DNA of 64,000 nt, taken from positions 3,818 through 67,817 of the forward strand of contig CAVACC010000001.1 of the NCBI GenBank assembly GCA_963587495.1. Direction: 5' to 3'. How positions within the stretch are numbered: position 1 is the first letter of the stretch; every line of letters starts with the position of its first letter. The notes under the pieces were generated by a model that saw only the letters and a program-made list of their open reading frames with translations, did not search any database and was not told the origin of the DNA. Of the stretch, positions 27,723 through 38,424 are shown one piece after another. The DNA is from Clostridia bacterium. GTDB lineage: Bacteria > Bacteroidota > Bacteroidia > Bacteroidales > Bacteroidaceae. A program made the translations under genes and the position numbers.

Positions 27723-28358
27723 ATGGAATCAAACAAATTCATCAGCGTATCATACCAGTTGTACGACATCACAGAAGGTAAGTCTGACCTCATCGAACAG
27801 ACAAGCGACGAGCGCCCATTCATCTTCGTAAGTGGCATGGGAGTAACACTGCCAGCCTTCGAGGAGCAGATAGTCAACCTGGCTAAAGGCGAGTCTTTCG
27901 ACTTCACCCTTACTCCAGAGCAGGCTTATGGCGCACACTATGCAGAGCGTGTCATCGACTTAGAGAAGGAAATCTTCACCATCAACGGCCAGTTTGACGC
28001 ACAGCACGTACAGGTAGGCGCCATCATTCCTCTGCAGAACGAGGACGGCAACCGCTTCAATGGTGTGGTATTGGAAATCGGTGACAGCAAGGTGAAAATA
28101 GACCTCAACCATCCTTTGGCTGGCAAGATACTCAACTTCAAGGGTGAGATAACTGAGAGCCGCGAGGCTACTGCCGAGGAAGTGGCAGGAATGGCAAAGC
28201 TCATGAGCGGTGAAAGCCACGGCGGATGCAGCGGTTGCAACGGACACTGCGGTGAAGGCGAATGCGGTGAAGGTCATTGTGGCGGTGAAGGCGAATGCGG
28301 TGAGGGTCACTGCGGAGGAGAAGGCCATCATGGCGAAGGCCACTGCGGTTGCCACTAA
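27723..28358 (+). CDS. slyD: FKBP-type peptidyl-prolyl isomerase SlyD with a His/Cys/Gly-rich tail
   Basis: LTPEQAYG, IDLNHPLAGKILNF, REATAEE, tail of GEGECGEGHCG repeats. Confidence 0.9.
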   Translation: MESNKFISVSYQLYDITEGKSDLIEQTSDERPFIFVSGMGVTLPAFEEQIVNLAKGESFDFTLTPEQAYGAHYAERVIDLEKEIFTINGQFDAQHVQVGAIIPLQNEDGNRFNGVVLEIGDSKVKIDLNHPLAGKILNFKGEITESREATAEEVAGMAKLMSGESHGGCSGCNGHCGEGECGEGHCGGEGECGEGHCGGEGHHGEGHCGCH

Positions 28359-28415
28359 TCCATCCTTCAAAGGTCAACATATCAACGAAGCAAGAACTTT
28401 AACAACAGACAGACA

Positions 28416-29483
28416 ATGAGGAATACTTTTGGTCATCTCTTTACCCTCACCACCTTTGGCGAAAGTCATGGAGTGGCTGTGGGCGGTGTCATCGACGGAT
28501 TTCCTGCCGGCATAGATATCGATATGGAGTTTGTGCAGAATGAACTGAATCGACGTCGACCCGGACAAAGCCATATCACCACATCACGCAACGAAGCCGA
28601 CAAGGTGGAGTTTCTCAGTGGTGTGTTCGAAGGCAAGAGTACGGGAACACCCATCGGTTTTGAGGTACGCAACACCAACCAGCACTCGCAAGACTACGAG
28701 AACATGCGATGCCTGTTCCGTCCGTCGCATGCCGACTATACCTATTATAATAAGTATGGCATACGCGACCATCGCGGTGGAGGCCGCTCTTCTGCCCGCA
28801 TCACCATAGCCCGATGCGTAGGTGGAGCCTTGGCAAAACTTGCCTTGCGCCAGTTGGGCATCAGCGTCACCGCCTACACATCTCAGGTAGGCGACATTGC
28901 CATAGAAAGAGATTACCATCTGTATGACTTAAGCAAGACCGAGGACAACATCGTGCGATGCCCCGACCAGCAGAAAGCCAAAGAGATGGAAGAGCTCATC
29001 GCCCAGGTGAAAGCCGACGGCGACACCATAGGAGGCGTGATCACTTGCGTCATCAAGGGATGCCCGGTAGGATTAGGCGAGCCTGAATTCGACAAACTGC
29101 ATGCACAGTTAGGCGCAGCCATGCTGGGCATCAATGCAGTGAAAGGCTTCGAATACGGTGAAGGCTTCGACGGTGTGACGGCACGAGGCAGCCAGCAGAA
29201 CGATACTTTCGTGCCAGGCATCACGACTACCACCAATCACAGTGGAGGCATACAGGGAGGCATCAGCAACGGACAGGACATCTACTTCAGAGTAGCATTC
29301 AAGCCTGTTGCCACCATCCTGAAAGAGCAAGACACCGTAGACTTGGAAGGCAATGCCACCAAGCTGACAGCACGGGGCAGACACGATCCATGCGTTCTGC
29401 CAAGAGCCGTTCCTGTGGTGGAAGCCATGGCAGCCATGGTCATCCTCGACAGCTATCTCGTCAACAAGAGTGTGAAGCTATAA
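28416..29483 (+). CDS. aroC: Chorismate synthase
   Basis: [44 protein letters not shown]. Confidence 0.96.
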   Translation: MRNTFGHLFTLTTFGESHGVAVGGVIDGFPAGIDIDMEFVQNELNRRRPGQSHITTSRNEADKVEFLSGVFEGKSTGTPIGFEVRNTNQHSQDYENMRCLFRPSHADYTYYNKYGIRDHRGGGRSSARITIARCVGGALAKLALRQLGISVTAYTSQVGDIAIERDYHLYDLSKTEDNIVRCPDQQKAKEMEELIAQVKADGDTIGGVITCVIKGCPVGLGEPEFDKLHAQLGAAMLGINAVKGFEYGEGFDGVTARGSQQNDTFVPGITTTTNHSGGIQGGISNGQDIYFRVAFKPVATILKEQDTVDLEGNATKLTARGRHDPCVLPRAVPVVEAMAAMVILDSYLVNKSVKL

Positions 29484-29487
29484 GATA

Positions 29488-30810
29488 ATGAAAAGAAAAA
29501 GAAGACTCAGAAAGAAACGCATATTTACTATTTGCTTGGTCATGGCTATCGGCATCTCTCTGCTGACACGACGCTGCGTCACAAGTTGCTCGGACAACAA
29601 AGCATCGGTTGCCGATACACAGCCCAAGGTTCACCTCAACGACTCACTCAACAACTCTCTCTCTGAAGGCAAGGCCTACCACGAAATGGACTCGCTCATT
29701 GAGCGGTACCTGAAGAGATGGGAAATCAATGGCGCCCAACTGGTCATCACCCGCAACGACTCTCTGCTGTATGCACGAGGTTTCGGATGGGCTGACAAGG
29801 AGAAAAGCATCAAGATGCAACCATCCATGGTAATGAGATATGCATCGGTATCGAAACTCATTACTGCCGTGGGCATCATGAAGCTTTGGGAAGCCAAGAA
29901 GTTGAGAATGGGCGACAAGGTTTTCGGACCCAAGGGAATTCTGCGGGACACCTTATATAATAACAGCATCAAGGACAAGCGGTACTACGACATCACCGTG
30001 GAACAACTGCTGCGCCATCAGGCTGGATTTACCAACTATGCCGGCGACCCGATATCTTCCACACGCTACATCATGATGCAGAACCGTCTCACTACGCCTC
30101 CCGATCATCCTACGCTGCTCAAGATTCTCCTGAAAAGGCATTTAGGATACACACCAGGAGAAGGCAAGTGCTACTCCAACTTTGGATATATCCTCCTGTC
30201 GATGATTATAGAGAAGAAGAGTGGCATGAGATACGAGGACTACATGCAGAAGTACGTGCTCAACCCTGCCGGATGCTACGACATGCACATCGCCGGTACC
30301 TACTATAAGGACCGACGTCCCAATGAGACGAAGTACTACATGCACCAAGGCAGCATCCCTGTATATGAATACAACAACAGCGGAAGAATGGTGGAGAAAT
30401 GTTATGGCGACACAGATATTCCACGCCTGGCAGGAGCCGGAGCATGGTGCGGTTCGGCAGCTGAGCTGAGCCGACTGATAGCCAGCATAGACGGTATGCC
30501 CCACATAAAGGACATCCTCAGCAAAAAGAGTGTGGACTTTATGACCCGGGAACAGCCAGACCACCAATACTCCATCGGCTGGAACTACACGCCCAAGAAA
30601 GGACGTCCCTGGATTCGTACAGGATCGCTTGCGGGAACCTCTGCCCTGATTCTGAAATACGACGACGGACAATGCTGGATTCTCATCACCAACACTTCGA
30701 CATGGAAGGGACATGGCTTCTCCAACGACTCGATGGCTTTCTTTGAGAAGATGCGCAAGAAGTACATGGACAGCATGCCTAAACAAGACCTCTTCCTGCA
30801 CGTGAAATAA
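29488..30810 (+). CDS. Serine hydrolase, beta-lactamase/PBP-like family
   Basis: N-terminal anchor, ASVSK (SxxK), LLRHQAG, YSNFGY (YxN), RTGS. Confidence 0.85.
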   Translation: MKRKRRLRKKRIFTICLVMAIGISLLTRRCVTSCSDNKASVADTQPKVHLNDSLNNSLSEGKAYHEMDSLIERYLKRWEINGAQLVITRNDSLLYARGFGWADKEKSIKMQPSMVMRYASVSKLITAVGIMKLWEAKKLRMGDKVFGPKGILRDTLYNNSIKDKRYYDITVEQLLRHQAGFTNYAGDPISSTRYIMMQNRLTTPPDHPTLLKILLKRHLGYTPGEGKCYSNFGYILLSMIIEKKSGMRYEDYMQKYVLNPAGCYDMHIAGTYYKDRRPNETKYYMHQGSIPVYEYNNSGRMVEKCYGDTDIPRLAGAGAWCGSAAELSRLIASIDGMPHIKDILSKKSVDFMTREQPDHQYSIGWNYTPKKGRPWIRTGSLAGTSALILKYDDGQCWILITNTSTWKGHGFSNDSMAFFEKMRKKYMDSMPKQDLFLHVK

Positions 30811-30895
30811 AAACACGGAAAGAGAAAGAAGAAAAACAACGGGCATGACAAAGCCGACAAACAAGAAAGAACTCAGCAAGAAACCCATAAAACAG

Positions 30896-30931
30896 AAAAA
30901 GGATACATCCTGACTGGATGTATCCTTTTTT
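30896..30931. terminator. Bidirectional terminator
   Basis: AAAAAGGATACATCC-TGACT-GGATGTATCCTTTTTT. Confidence 0.85.
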
Positions 30932-30959
30932 GTTTTTATGATGTTTTCTACATTTCCTA

Positions 30960-33900
30960 TTAGAAAGTATACTTCACACCAACCTGACCACGCCAGCGGC
31001 TGTAGTAGTCGCTATAGTACTTGATAGGCTTGGTAGAATCGTTATCGAACTGGTAAGTACCATTATCCTTGTAAGTAATAGGAGAAACCAACTCGCTGTT
31101 ATAGCTGCTGCCATAAGTATGTCCCCACTTATTGTTGAGCAGGTTGGCAACGTTGAGAATATCCATAGTTACCTCGAGCGCATGAATCTGCTTGCCTACC
31201 TTGATGCCAAACTTCTGACCGAAGTGGAAATCAAAATGGCCCTCGAAAGGTAAGTTGTCTGCATAACGCTTATAGTACTCACCACGGTGATCCTTCAGAT
31301 AAGGAGTGCTTGCCAGCCACTTCTTCAAGTTGGTACGCTGCTCGTCAACAGTATACTTCACAGTCTTGTTGTCAGCCTTCATCACATCCGAGAACGGCAT
31401 CTTGTCAATCTGAGCATCTGTAGGGATGAAAATCAAGTCATTGCTTGCACCGTCGCCATTGACATCACCATTATAATAGAGTGAGTAAGGAGCACCACTC
31501 TGACCCTGATAAATCAAGCCAACAGTTGTAGTGAAGAGCTTGCCGGGGCCCCAGTTGAGGTGATAGAAAGCAGAAGCCTTAACAAGGTGAGGCACATTGA
31601 AAGCGCTGTTTGCCATCTCAGGATCGTTACTGAAACGATATGAATGGTTGTTGCGCCAGTTGCTCTGAGCCACAGAAGAGATAGAGCTGCTGATAGCCTT
31701 CGCCTTGGTGAAGGTGTAAGAAGCATTCAAGTCGAGACCGAAGTCAAAGTGCTTGGTAGCAGACAAAGACAAGTTGTAAGAATAGCCCTTGTCGGTATTA
31801 CGCATAGCATAGATGTTGCTGAACTTGCCGGCAGATGCCACCTTATGATACATAGGACGGCTCTCCCATGGCATGTCAGAAACCTGACCCAGGGTCTGTC
31901 CTGTTGCCTCGTAAGCGATATTCTGATAATAGATATCATTCAAGTTCTTGCTGAAGATAGCCTCAGCTGTCCAGTCGATACCCAAAGCCTGGAAGTCGAA
32001 ACCTAAGTTGATTCGCAGATTCTGAGCAAACTTGAAGTTCTTGTCGAAGACATTGACCAACTGGCTGCCTGAGGCGTTCAAACGCTCTGCATTCTGATTC
32101 TGCTTGTTAGGATCGACGATGAGAGCCACATTGGCATTGTTCTTTACAGAGTAAGAAGAGAACTGCACACCTGTGTTAGTAAAGCTGTTGCTCAACCATA
32201 CGAAAGGAATACGACCAGTAAACATACCAATACCTCCACGAAGGATGTACTTACGGTCGTTCTTGATATCCCAACGGAAACCTACACGTGGACTCCACAT
32301 AGGAGTGCTTGAAAGCTTCTGGTCGGTACGATAGCCATAACCTGCAGCTGCTGCCCACTCATTGAACTGAACATTCTCTGTAGGAGTATCAAAGAACAAA
32401 GGTATCTCCATACGAAGACCATAGGTGAGCTGGAAGTTATTGGTTGCATCCCACTTGTCCTGTACATAGAAGCCCAACTGACCAGCACCAAATGATGGTG
32501 CCCAAAGAGAACTGCCTGTCACATCCTTATTAGCTGTGGTATAGTAGAAATTCTTGATCAACTTACCATTAGAAGTTGCGGTATAGTTGAAAAAGTCAGC
32601 AGGAGAATCGAAGTAATAGCAACCATAGAGATTCTGAATGAAGAGATTCTCAAACTTGTAGAACTCGTTGTGAGTACCAAAAGTAAAGGTGTGGTTGCCT
32701 CGATACCATGTGAAGTTGTCTTCGATGGTAAAGATGTCCTGATCAAGGCTGTTGGCCATAGAAGAGTATTCGTTACCGATATTCACAGTACCATTGCCTA
32801 CATTATAGATGGTTACAGAAGGAGCTGCTGCACCTGAGCTACGGCTGTCGCGAACGCGGACGTATGACAGACGGGCCTCATTGCTTGTGTATGGAGAAAG
32901 ACGGCTCTGCAACTCTGCTGCGAATGAATGAGTCTTAGAGGTGAACTCATAGAGATGGTCGGCAGTATTCAATGATGCCATACCACCCAAGCCCAACAAC
33001 TGCTTGGCATCAACATAGCTCCAGCGGATTGAGAACTTGTTGAAGTCGTTGATGTTCCAGTCGAGTTTCAAACCACCCTTTTGGCTCTTGATAGACTTGT
33101 CCTTGTTTGCCCAAGTGCTCTGATACTCATAATTGTCGTGTGTTCTACCCCACTCCTTGTAAGCATCAAGAATCTGCTGTGCAAGGTCGGAATCAAACTT
33201 AGCACCCTCGCTACCGAAAGTATACTGAGTAGGATAAGACTTTTCGGTATTCTCGTAGTTGGCAAAGAAGAACAACTTATTCTTGATGATTGGACCACCC
33301 AAGGTGAAACCGAAGCGTGTCTCCTTCTCTTTATCATAAGGATTAGACATGGTGCCGTCCTGCATCTTGTAGTGACGACCTACCAACTTCTCATTGTTGC
33401 CATCAAAATAAGCACTTCCGTGGAACACATTCGTACCGCTCTTGGTAATCGCATTGATGGCTCCACCTGTGAAACCACCCTGACGAACATCGAAAGGAGC
33501 CACATTGATCTGAATCTGATCGATAGTCTCCATAGATACAGGCTGAGTTCCAGCCTGTCCGCCATTGCTACCATTGGCAGTTAAGCCGAACACGTCGTTG
33601 TTCATCACACCATCAATCTGGAATGAGTTGTAACGATTGTTGGTACCGGCAAAAGACATGGCACCAGACTGACCATTGGTAGACACCTGCGCATTCATAC
33701 GGGCAATATCAGCGATACTGTGGCTGATACTTGGCATTTCTGCAATCTGCTGCGCATTGATACTCTGAGCAGCACCTGTCTTAGTACCGTTAAGGCCAGC
33801 CTTGCCCGAAACCACAACTTCCTGCAACTCACGTGCATCCTCCTGGAGAGTACAAGAAAGGTTCTGGCTCTCACCCAAGTTCAAGGAAACATCCTTGAAC

Positions 33901-34166
33901 GTCTTAGGCTGATAGCCAATGTAAGATACCTCTACTTTGTAAGGACCTCCAGGACGCATACCCTGGATTGAGAAACGACCATCCTTGTTGGTCACTGCGC
34001 GATAAACAGTACCTGATGGCTGGTGGGTTGCTGTCACCGTAGCACCGATGACTTCCTCGCCTTGCGATGTCACCTTACCACTGATACCAGAGGTGGTAAC
34101 CTGTGCCATAGCCACTGAAACTACGAGCACCAGCATAGCGATAAGCAATTGCAATCTTTTCTGCAT
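30960..34166 (-). CDS. TonB-dependent outer membrane receptor (Oar-like, N-terminal carboxypeptidase-regulatory-like domain)
   Basis: Signal peptide, FQIDGVMNND, GGFTGGAINAITKSGTN plug motif, C-terminal GVKYTF. Confidence 0.88.
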   Translation of the reverse strand: MQKRLQLLIAMLVLVVSVAMAQVTTSGISGKVTSQGEEVIGATVTATHQPSGTVYRAVTNKDGRFSIQGMRPGGPYKVEVSYIGYQPKTFKDVSLNLGESQNLSCTLQEDARELQEVVVSGKAGLNGTKTGAAQSINAQQIAEMPSISHSIADIARMNAQVSTNGQSGAMSFAGTNNRYNSFQIDGVMNNDVFGLTANGSNGGQAGTQPVSMETIDQIQINVAPFDVRQGGFTGGAINAITKSGTNVFHGSAYFDGNNEKLVGRHYKMQDGTMSNPYDKEKETRFGFTLGGPIIKNKLFFFANYENTEKSYPTQYTFGSEGAKFDSDLAQQILDAYKEWGRTHDNYEYQSTWANKDKSIKSQKGGLKLDWNINDFNKFSIRWSYVDAKQLLGLGGMASLNTADHLYEFTSKTHSFAAELQSRLSPYTSNEARLSYVRVRDSRSSGAAAPSVTIYNVGNGTVNIGNEYSSMANSLDQDIFTIEDNFTWYRGNHTFTFGTHNEFYKFENLFIQNLYGCYYFDSPADFFNYTATSNGKLIKNFYYTTANKDVTGSSLWAPSFGAGQLGFYVQDKWDATNNFQLTYGLRMEIPLFFDTPTENVQFNEWAAAAGYGYRTDQKLSSTPMWSPRVGFRWDIKNDRKYILRGGIGMFTGRIPFVWLSNSFTNTGVQFSSYSVKNNANVALIVDPNKQNQNAERLNASGSQLVNVFDKNFKFAQNLRINLGFDFQALGIDWTAEAIFSKNLNDIYYQNIAYEATGQTLGQVSDMPWESRPMYHKVASAGKFSNIYAMRNTDKGYSYNLSLSATKHFDFGLDLNASYTFTKAKAISSSISSVAQSNWRNNHSYRFSNDPEMANSAFNVPHLVKASAFYHLNWGPGKLFTTTVGLIYQGQSGAPYSLYYNGDVNGDGASNDLIFIPTDAQIDKMPFSDVMKADNKTVKYTVDEQRTNLKKWLASTPYLKDHRGEYYKRYADNLPFEGHFDFHFGQKFGIKVGKQIHALEVTMDILNVANLLNNKWGHTYGSSYNSELVSPITYKDNGTYQFDNDSTKPIKYYSDYYSRWRGQVGVKYTF

Positions 34167-34226
34167 ACTAAAAATGAAATTTAGTTAATAATGAGGAAGC
34201 ATAAACTTCCTATTTTTATATTATGC

Positions 34227-34236
34227 TGCAAATTTA
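34227..34236 (-). promoter_or_regulatory. -7 promoter box
   Basis: TAAATTTGCA on the minus strand. Confidence 0.6.
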
Positions 34237-34291
34237 AACAAAATTTTTGATATAAATGTTACAGAGACATGAAAAAAAGAGTTTTTTATGC

Positions 34292-34326
34292 AAAAAAAAT
34301 CCACACTAACGATTTAGTGTGGATTT
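34292..34326 (-). terminator. Terminator of the nupG-rsmE-ABC operon
   Basis: AAATCCACACTAA...TTAGTGTGGATTT stem with a T-run on the minus strand. Confidence 0.7.
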
Positions 34327-34337
34327 CTTCCAGTTTT

Positions 34338-35537
34338 TTAGTCTTTGCGAAGCCATATCCGCATCACTTTACGGCGGATTGCTATCATGTTGAGTATTGA
34401 TACTATCAAGAACAGAACCAATCCCAAGACTATAGCGGGGCACATGGTTCCTTCCTCTATATCGGGGTAAAGGGCTTCTATAAAATCCATGTAATAATCA
34501 CGGATGAAGAACAAGATGCACCATGCCACAAGGAGCACCACCACGTTGAGAACGATGGTAAGCCAAAGGTACGGCATCGCCACATTGCCAGGACTATAGC
34601 CTATGAGCAAGAGGTTCTCCAACTTGGAGGAGTTCTTCTGTACCAACAGGTAGATGCTGAGCATCAGGATATAGAAACTGAGCACAGAGATAACAAGTCC
34701 TATAGCCATCACCATCAATACCATCATCCTGAGAAAGTAAGTCGTCTTCTCGGCATCCAACTTATCGGTTTCCACCTCATAGCCATTGTCTTCAAGGTAT
34801 TTGGTGATGTTTTCATCTCCTGGATTGCCCACCTCTACAATAAGTCGTGTGGGGTCGCTATGCTCTTCGGGAGCAAACTCATGATTACTCCAGTCCATGA
34901 ATGCCTGTGGCACAAGTATGGTATTGAGGCGAGAGGAGAAACCAATCACCTTTCCTTTGAACTGTTCTTTCTTGCCACCAGCCTGAATGAAAATATGGAA
35001 ATCTATCATTCCCATCAAACCGTCGCTGATCTTTGGAAGCGAATGGCTTTGTGCAAAACCAAAGTTGTACATATTAATATAGGTACGCGGGAGGATGATG
35101 GGCACTTCCTGACTGCCTGGCTCATACTTCCAGTCCTTGAGAGGCACATCGACAAAACCGTCGGGCACACTTTCGAAAAAGAGTTCGCTATTGAGCACAT
35201 TCACACCGTTGACACCCATCGAGGCATCCACCTTGTACTCGGTAGAGGTAAACTTGCCTATCTTCTTGACAAACTTTTGCGAGGAGATGTCGTCCACATC
35301 ACTGCCCGAGAAGGTGTTGGTACGACCACTGAGGGTGTTGCCCATACCTATCTTCTTGCTCATGATGAGGTAGTCGGCTTTCATAAAACTGTCTTGCTGG
35401 GTGAAGACAGGCAGCACATCCTTGTAAAACTGAAAGCCGAAAAGAACGATGAGCATACCGAAAAGGTTGGCAAAGGCAAAACCTGCAAACTGTGGTATGC
35501 TGATATGCTGACGTAATAATTTCCAAACGAGTTCCAT
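34338..35537 (-). CDS. ABC transporter permease (FtsX/MacB-like topology)
   Basis: One N-terminal TM, large soluble loop, three C-terminal TMs; adjacent to an ABC ATPase. Confidence 0.78.
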   Translation of the reverse strand: MELVWKLLRQHISIPQFAGFAFANLFGMLIVLFGFQFYKDVLPVFTQQDSFMKADYLIMSKKIGMGNTLSGRTNTFSGSDVDDISSQKFVKKIGKFTSTEYKVDASMGVNGVNVLNSELFFESVPDGFVDVPLKDWKYEPGSQEVPIILPRTYINMYNFGFAQSHSLPKISDGLMGMIDFHIFIQAGGKKEQFKGKVIGFSSRLNTILVPQAFMDWSNHEFAPEEHSDPTRLIVEVGNPGDENITKYLEDNGYEVETDKLDAEKTTYFLRMMVLMVMAIGLVISVLSFYILMLSIYLLVQKNSSKLENLLLIGYSPGNVAMPYLWLTIVLNVVVLLVAWCILFFIRDYYMDFIEALYPDIEEGTMCPAIVLGLVLFLIVSILNMIAIRRKVMRIWLRKD

Positions 35538-35588
35538 TACACCTTATTATATATATAATGTATGAAGTACTATTTGTTATAAATCTCT

Positions 35589-36233
35589 CTACAGCATCAA
35601 GGTCTTTTCGTAAGGCAAGTCCATATGCTTTCCGATACTGGTAACGATGACGCCCGAACCTTGTGCCTTGGCCTCCGTCATCATGATGTCGCCCATGATA
35701 CGTGAGTTGTTGTCGTCGAGATGGCTGATAGGCTCATCAGCAAGAAGAAAGTCGAAGGGCTGGCAGAGAGAACGGATCATTGCCACGCGCTGCTGCTGTC
35801 CAAACGACATGCGGCCTATCTTGGCATCCACCTTGTCGGCTATTCCCAACATGTCAAACCATTCGAGTATCTGCTTACGGCTCTTGAAGCCTGTGAGCTT
35901 GTTCTTGATTTCTACGTTTTCCATCGCCGTCAGTTCAGGGAACAAACGCAACTCCTGAAACAGATGACTGATGTGGCGCTTGCGTATCTCTACCCAGTTG
36001 GCAACCTTATAAGCGGCTGTATCATCCTCATCAAACATCACGCTGCCGCTATAATCGTGACGATAGCCAACCACGTAACTGCAAAAGGTACTCTTGCCTT
36101 TTCCGCTGTCGGCCTCTACAAGATAAAGATGCCCCTTTTCGAAAGAGACATCCTGACTCCATATCTCCGAATGAAGGTCATCACGCTGAGCGAAGACCTG
36201 CGGGAGAACGGAACGAAAGTTGATTGTGTTCAC
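35589..36233 (-). CDS. ABC transporter ATP-binding protein
   Basis: DSGKGKST, MSFGQQQR signature, LLADEPISHLD. Confidence 0.88.
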   Translation of the reverse strand: MNTINFRSVLPQVFAQRDDLHSEIWSQDVSFEKGHLYLVEADSGKGKSTFCSYVVGYRHDYSGSVMFDEDDTAAYKVANWVEIRKRHISHLFQELRLFPELTAMENVEIKNKLTGFKSRKQILEWFDMLGIADKVDAKIGRMSFGQQQRVAMIRSLCQPFDFLLADEPISHLDDNNSRIMGDIMMTEAKAQGSGVIVTSIGKHMDLPYEKTLML

Positions 36234-36287
36234 TTTTTTATATATTGTATATGTTTAAAGTTTTCGTATTGTGTATGCCCTGCCGCT

Positions 36288-37679
36288 TTATTTCAAAGTA
36301 TAGACCACGGCTTTGAGCTGTCCAAACAAAGGAGCCAGGAGTCCTGTCACAGCCTGCAAGGCATTATCGCCAGAGCCCGCCTTATCCAGATTGACAACCA
36401 TGACCATCTTCTGACCTTTTATCATTTTCTGGATATGCTGGTCGATGGGATGATTGGAAGGAAGAATGGAGTATTCTGCCGAAAGCTGGTCGTTACCGCT
36501 AAAGAATTGTTTGTCGTCAGATACTCCGAAGTAGAAACTGGTCTTGCCACTGGTATAACAGTAGGCGTTCTTCTTCCAGTTGCCGATGGTGCTTCCCTTG
36601 GGGCACGACTGTTTCCAATAGTCTATGTCCGAAAGCCACTTGGCATGACTCAGCCTTGCCGCCATCGTCATCTGCATATTGTCGGCACCCAACGATGGCA
36701 TCACAATGGCCATGTCGCCATCCACACTCCTAATGATATTATCCATGTCGATAGCTGCATTGATGCCCATCAACAGCGTTTGCAGTCCCTGGTTACTCTG
36801 CACCAAAGGCAGGAAACGGGTTCCTTCCACATTCATGAAAATACCAGCCAAGGCATCATTGGGCATACTCTTCACATAGTCACCCTTGATAGGACGATAA
36901 ACCGTCTGCGACTGCTGCAAGGCCTGGTTAATGCTTTTGTTGAAAGAGAAGGTCTTGCCCGATATCTTCAGAATACCATTCTCGACATTCATGCCCGCGG
37001 CTATTACTATCTGTGAGGCATCGGCATCCTTGGGAGCGCCAAGGGTGAAAGGTGCCACAAACTTCTCTGGCAGAGCCTGGGCCTGAGCTACCATGGCTAT
37101 GGGCGAATCGATGCTGTCGAGTTGGGCAAAGAGTCTGGACGACTTGACGCCAGCATCCTCGTCGGCATTAAGAAACCTTACCATTTGTCTTTGCAGGTCT
37201 GCACGGGCATCTGCCACTACAGGTCCCATGACGAGCAGAGCCTTAGATGAGAAGCCTACCAGCCATGAATCTTTCAGAACGGCAAAGTGGAAACCCTTGC
37301 GCTCTGTCAATTCTGTGCAAATATGCTTTTGGGATAATTGAGTGAGCCAATTACTGATATTATCCTCATCGGCAACCTTGGCACAGAGTCCCAAGTTGCC
37401 ATCAACAGTTTCAAAAAGGTAGAGCTTCTCGGTGACATCGATACCACAATCGGACACATTCTCCACATGCAGCATCGACTTCAGGATATTCTCTTTGTCT
37501 ACACCGTTGCCATCACCATCCGTCGTTTGCATGTCTACCGAAATGAGGGCAGTGCTCTTGGATGGTATGGCATTCAAGTAATCGTTATCCGAACAAGCTG
37601 CCATCAGCACGATTTGCAGAAGTGCAATGGCATAAAGAAAAACATTTTTCATTTGCATCATAATCTTTTTACTCTTCAA
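36288..37679 (-). CDS. Lipoprotein, probably DUF4836 family (start may be a downstream Met)
   Basis: Lipobox MAA-C followed by SDNDYLNAIP; located in the ABC operon. Confidence 0.7.
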   Translation of the reverse strand: MKSKKIMMQMKNVFLYAIALLQIVLMAACSDNDYLNAIPSKSTALISVDMQTTDGDGNGVDKENILKSMLHVENVSDCGIDVTEKLYLFETVDGNLGLCAKVADEDNISNWLTQLSQKHICTELTERKGFHFAVLKDSWLVGFSSKALLVMGPVVADARADLQRQMVRFLNADEDAGVKSSRLFAQLDSIDSPIAMVAQAQALPEKFVAPFTLGAPKDADASQIVIAAGMNVENGILKISGKTFSFNKSINQALQQSQTVYRPIKGDYVKSMPNDALAGIFMNVEGTRFLPLVQSNQGLQTLLMGINAAIDMDNIIRSVDGDMAIVMPSLGADNMQMTMAARLSHAKWLSDIDYWKQSCPKGSTIGNWKKNAYCYTSGKTSFYFGVSDDKQFFSGNDQLSAEYSILPSNHPIDQHIQKMIKGQKMVMVVNLDKAGSGDNALQAVTGLLAPLFGQLKAVVYTLK

Positions 37680-37685
37680 CTCTTT

Positions 37686-38414
37686 CTACAGGCGACGAGC
37701 CAAATTGGCCATCGTCACAGCTACCAGTCCGGCAGTCTCGGTACGAAGTCGGCTGGTGCCCAATGTCACTGACTCGTATCCTGCCTTGACAGCCATACGA
37801 ACCTCATCTATCGAGAAGTCACCCTCAGGGCCAATGAGCACCGTCACGTCAGCATCCTCATCAGGACAGGCCTTTGTGAGTTCTGTAAAGAGGTCTTTCT
37901 TCTCTATTTCCTCATAGCAATGACAGATAAACTTCCTGCCCTTGCGGGGTGTATTGATAAAGTCGCGGAAATTTACCATCTGGTTGACAATGGGCTTCCA
38001 CGCTTTATGACTTTGCTTGACTGCAGAGACGATGATCTTGTCAAGTCTTACGGTCCGCATCACCTTGCGCTCGGAGAACTGGCTGTTCAGGAAGGAGAGC
38101 TCGTTGAAGCCCACCTCGGTAGCCTTCTCTGCCATCCACTCTATACGGTCCATCATCTTGGTAGGAGCAATGGCCAAGTGGACATGCCCACGCCAGGCAG
38201 GTTGCTGCGGCATCACCTCCTTCACCTCATACATACAGCGCTTGGTGGCAGCCAATGTCACCTCAGCACGATAGAAGTTTCCCACACCGTCCATCAGGAA
38301 CATCTCGTCACCACTCTTGATGCGCAATACTCTCAGGGCATGAAGCGCCTCATCCATTGGCATCTCGGTCTCGGTAGCCGCATCGGGCACATAGAAAAAT
38401 CTGGTCTCTTTCAT
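37686..38414 (-). CDS. rsmE: 16S rRNA m3U1498 methyltransferase
   Basis: HALRVLR, EKATEVG, LIGPEGDFS, LRTETAG. Confidence 0.93.
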   Translation of the reverse strand: MKETRFFYVPDAATETEMPMDEALHALRVLRIKSGDEMFLMDGVGNFYRAEVTLAATKRCMYEVKEVMPQQPAWRGHVHLAIAPTKMMDRIEWMAEKATEVGFNELSFLNSQFSERKVMRTVRLDKIIVSAVKQSHKAWKPIVNQMVNFRDFINTPRKGRKFICHCYEEIEKKDLFTELTKACPDEDADVTVLIGPEGDFSIDEVRMAVKAGYESVTLGTSRLRTETAGLVAVTMANLARRL

Positions 38415-38424
38415 CAGTCTGTCA

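Noticed and set aside
29488..30810. Acquired beta-lactam resistance gene
   Set aside because: SxxK/YxN motifs define a broad serine hydrolase family; the gene is operonic with aroC and has no mobility signs
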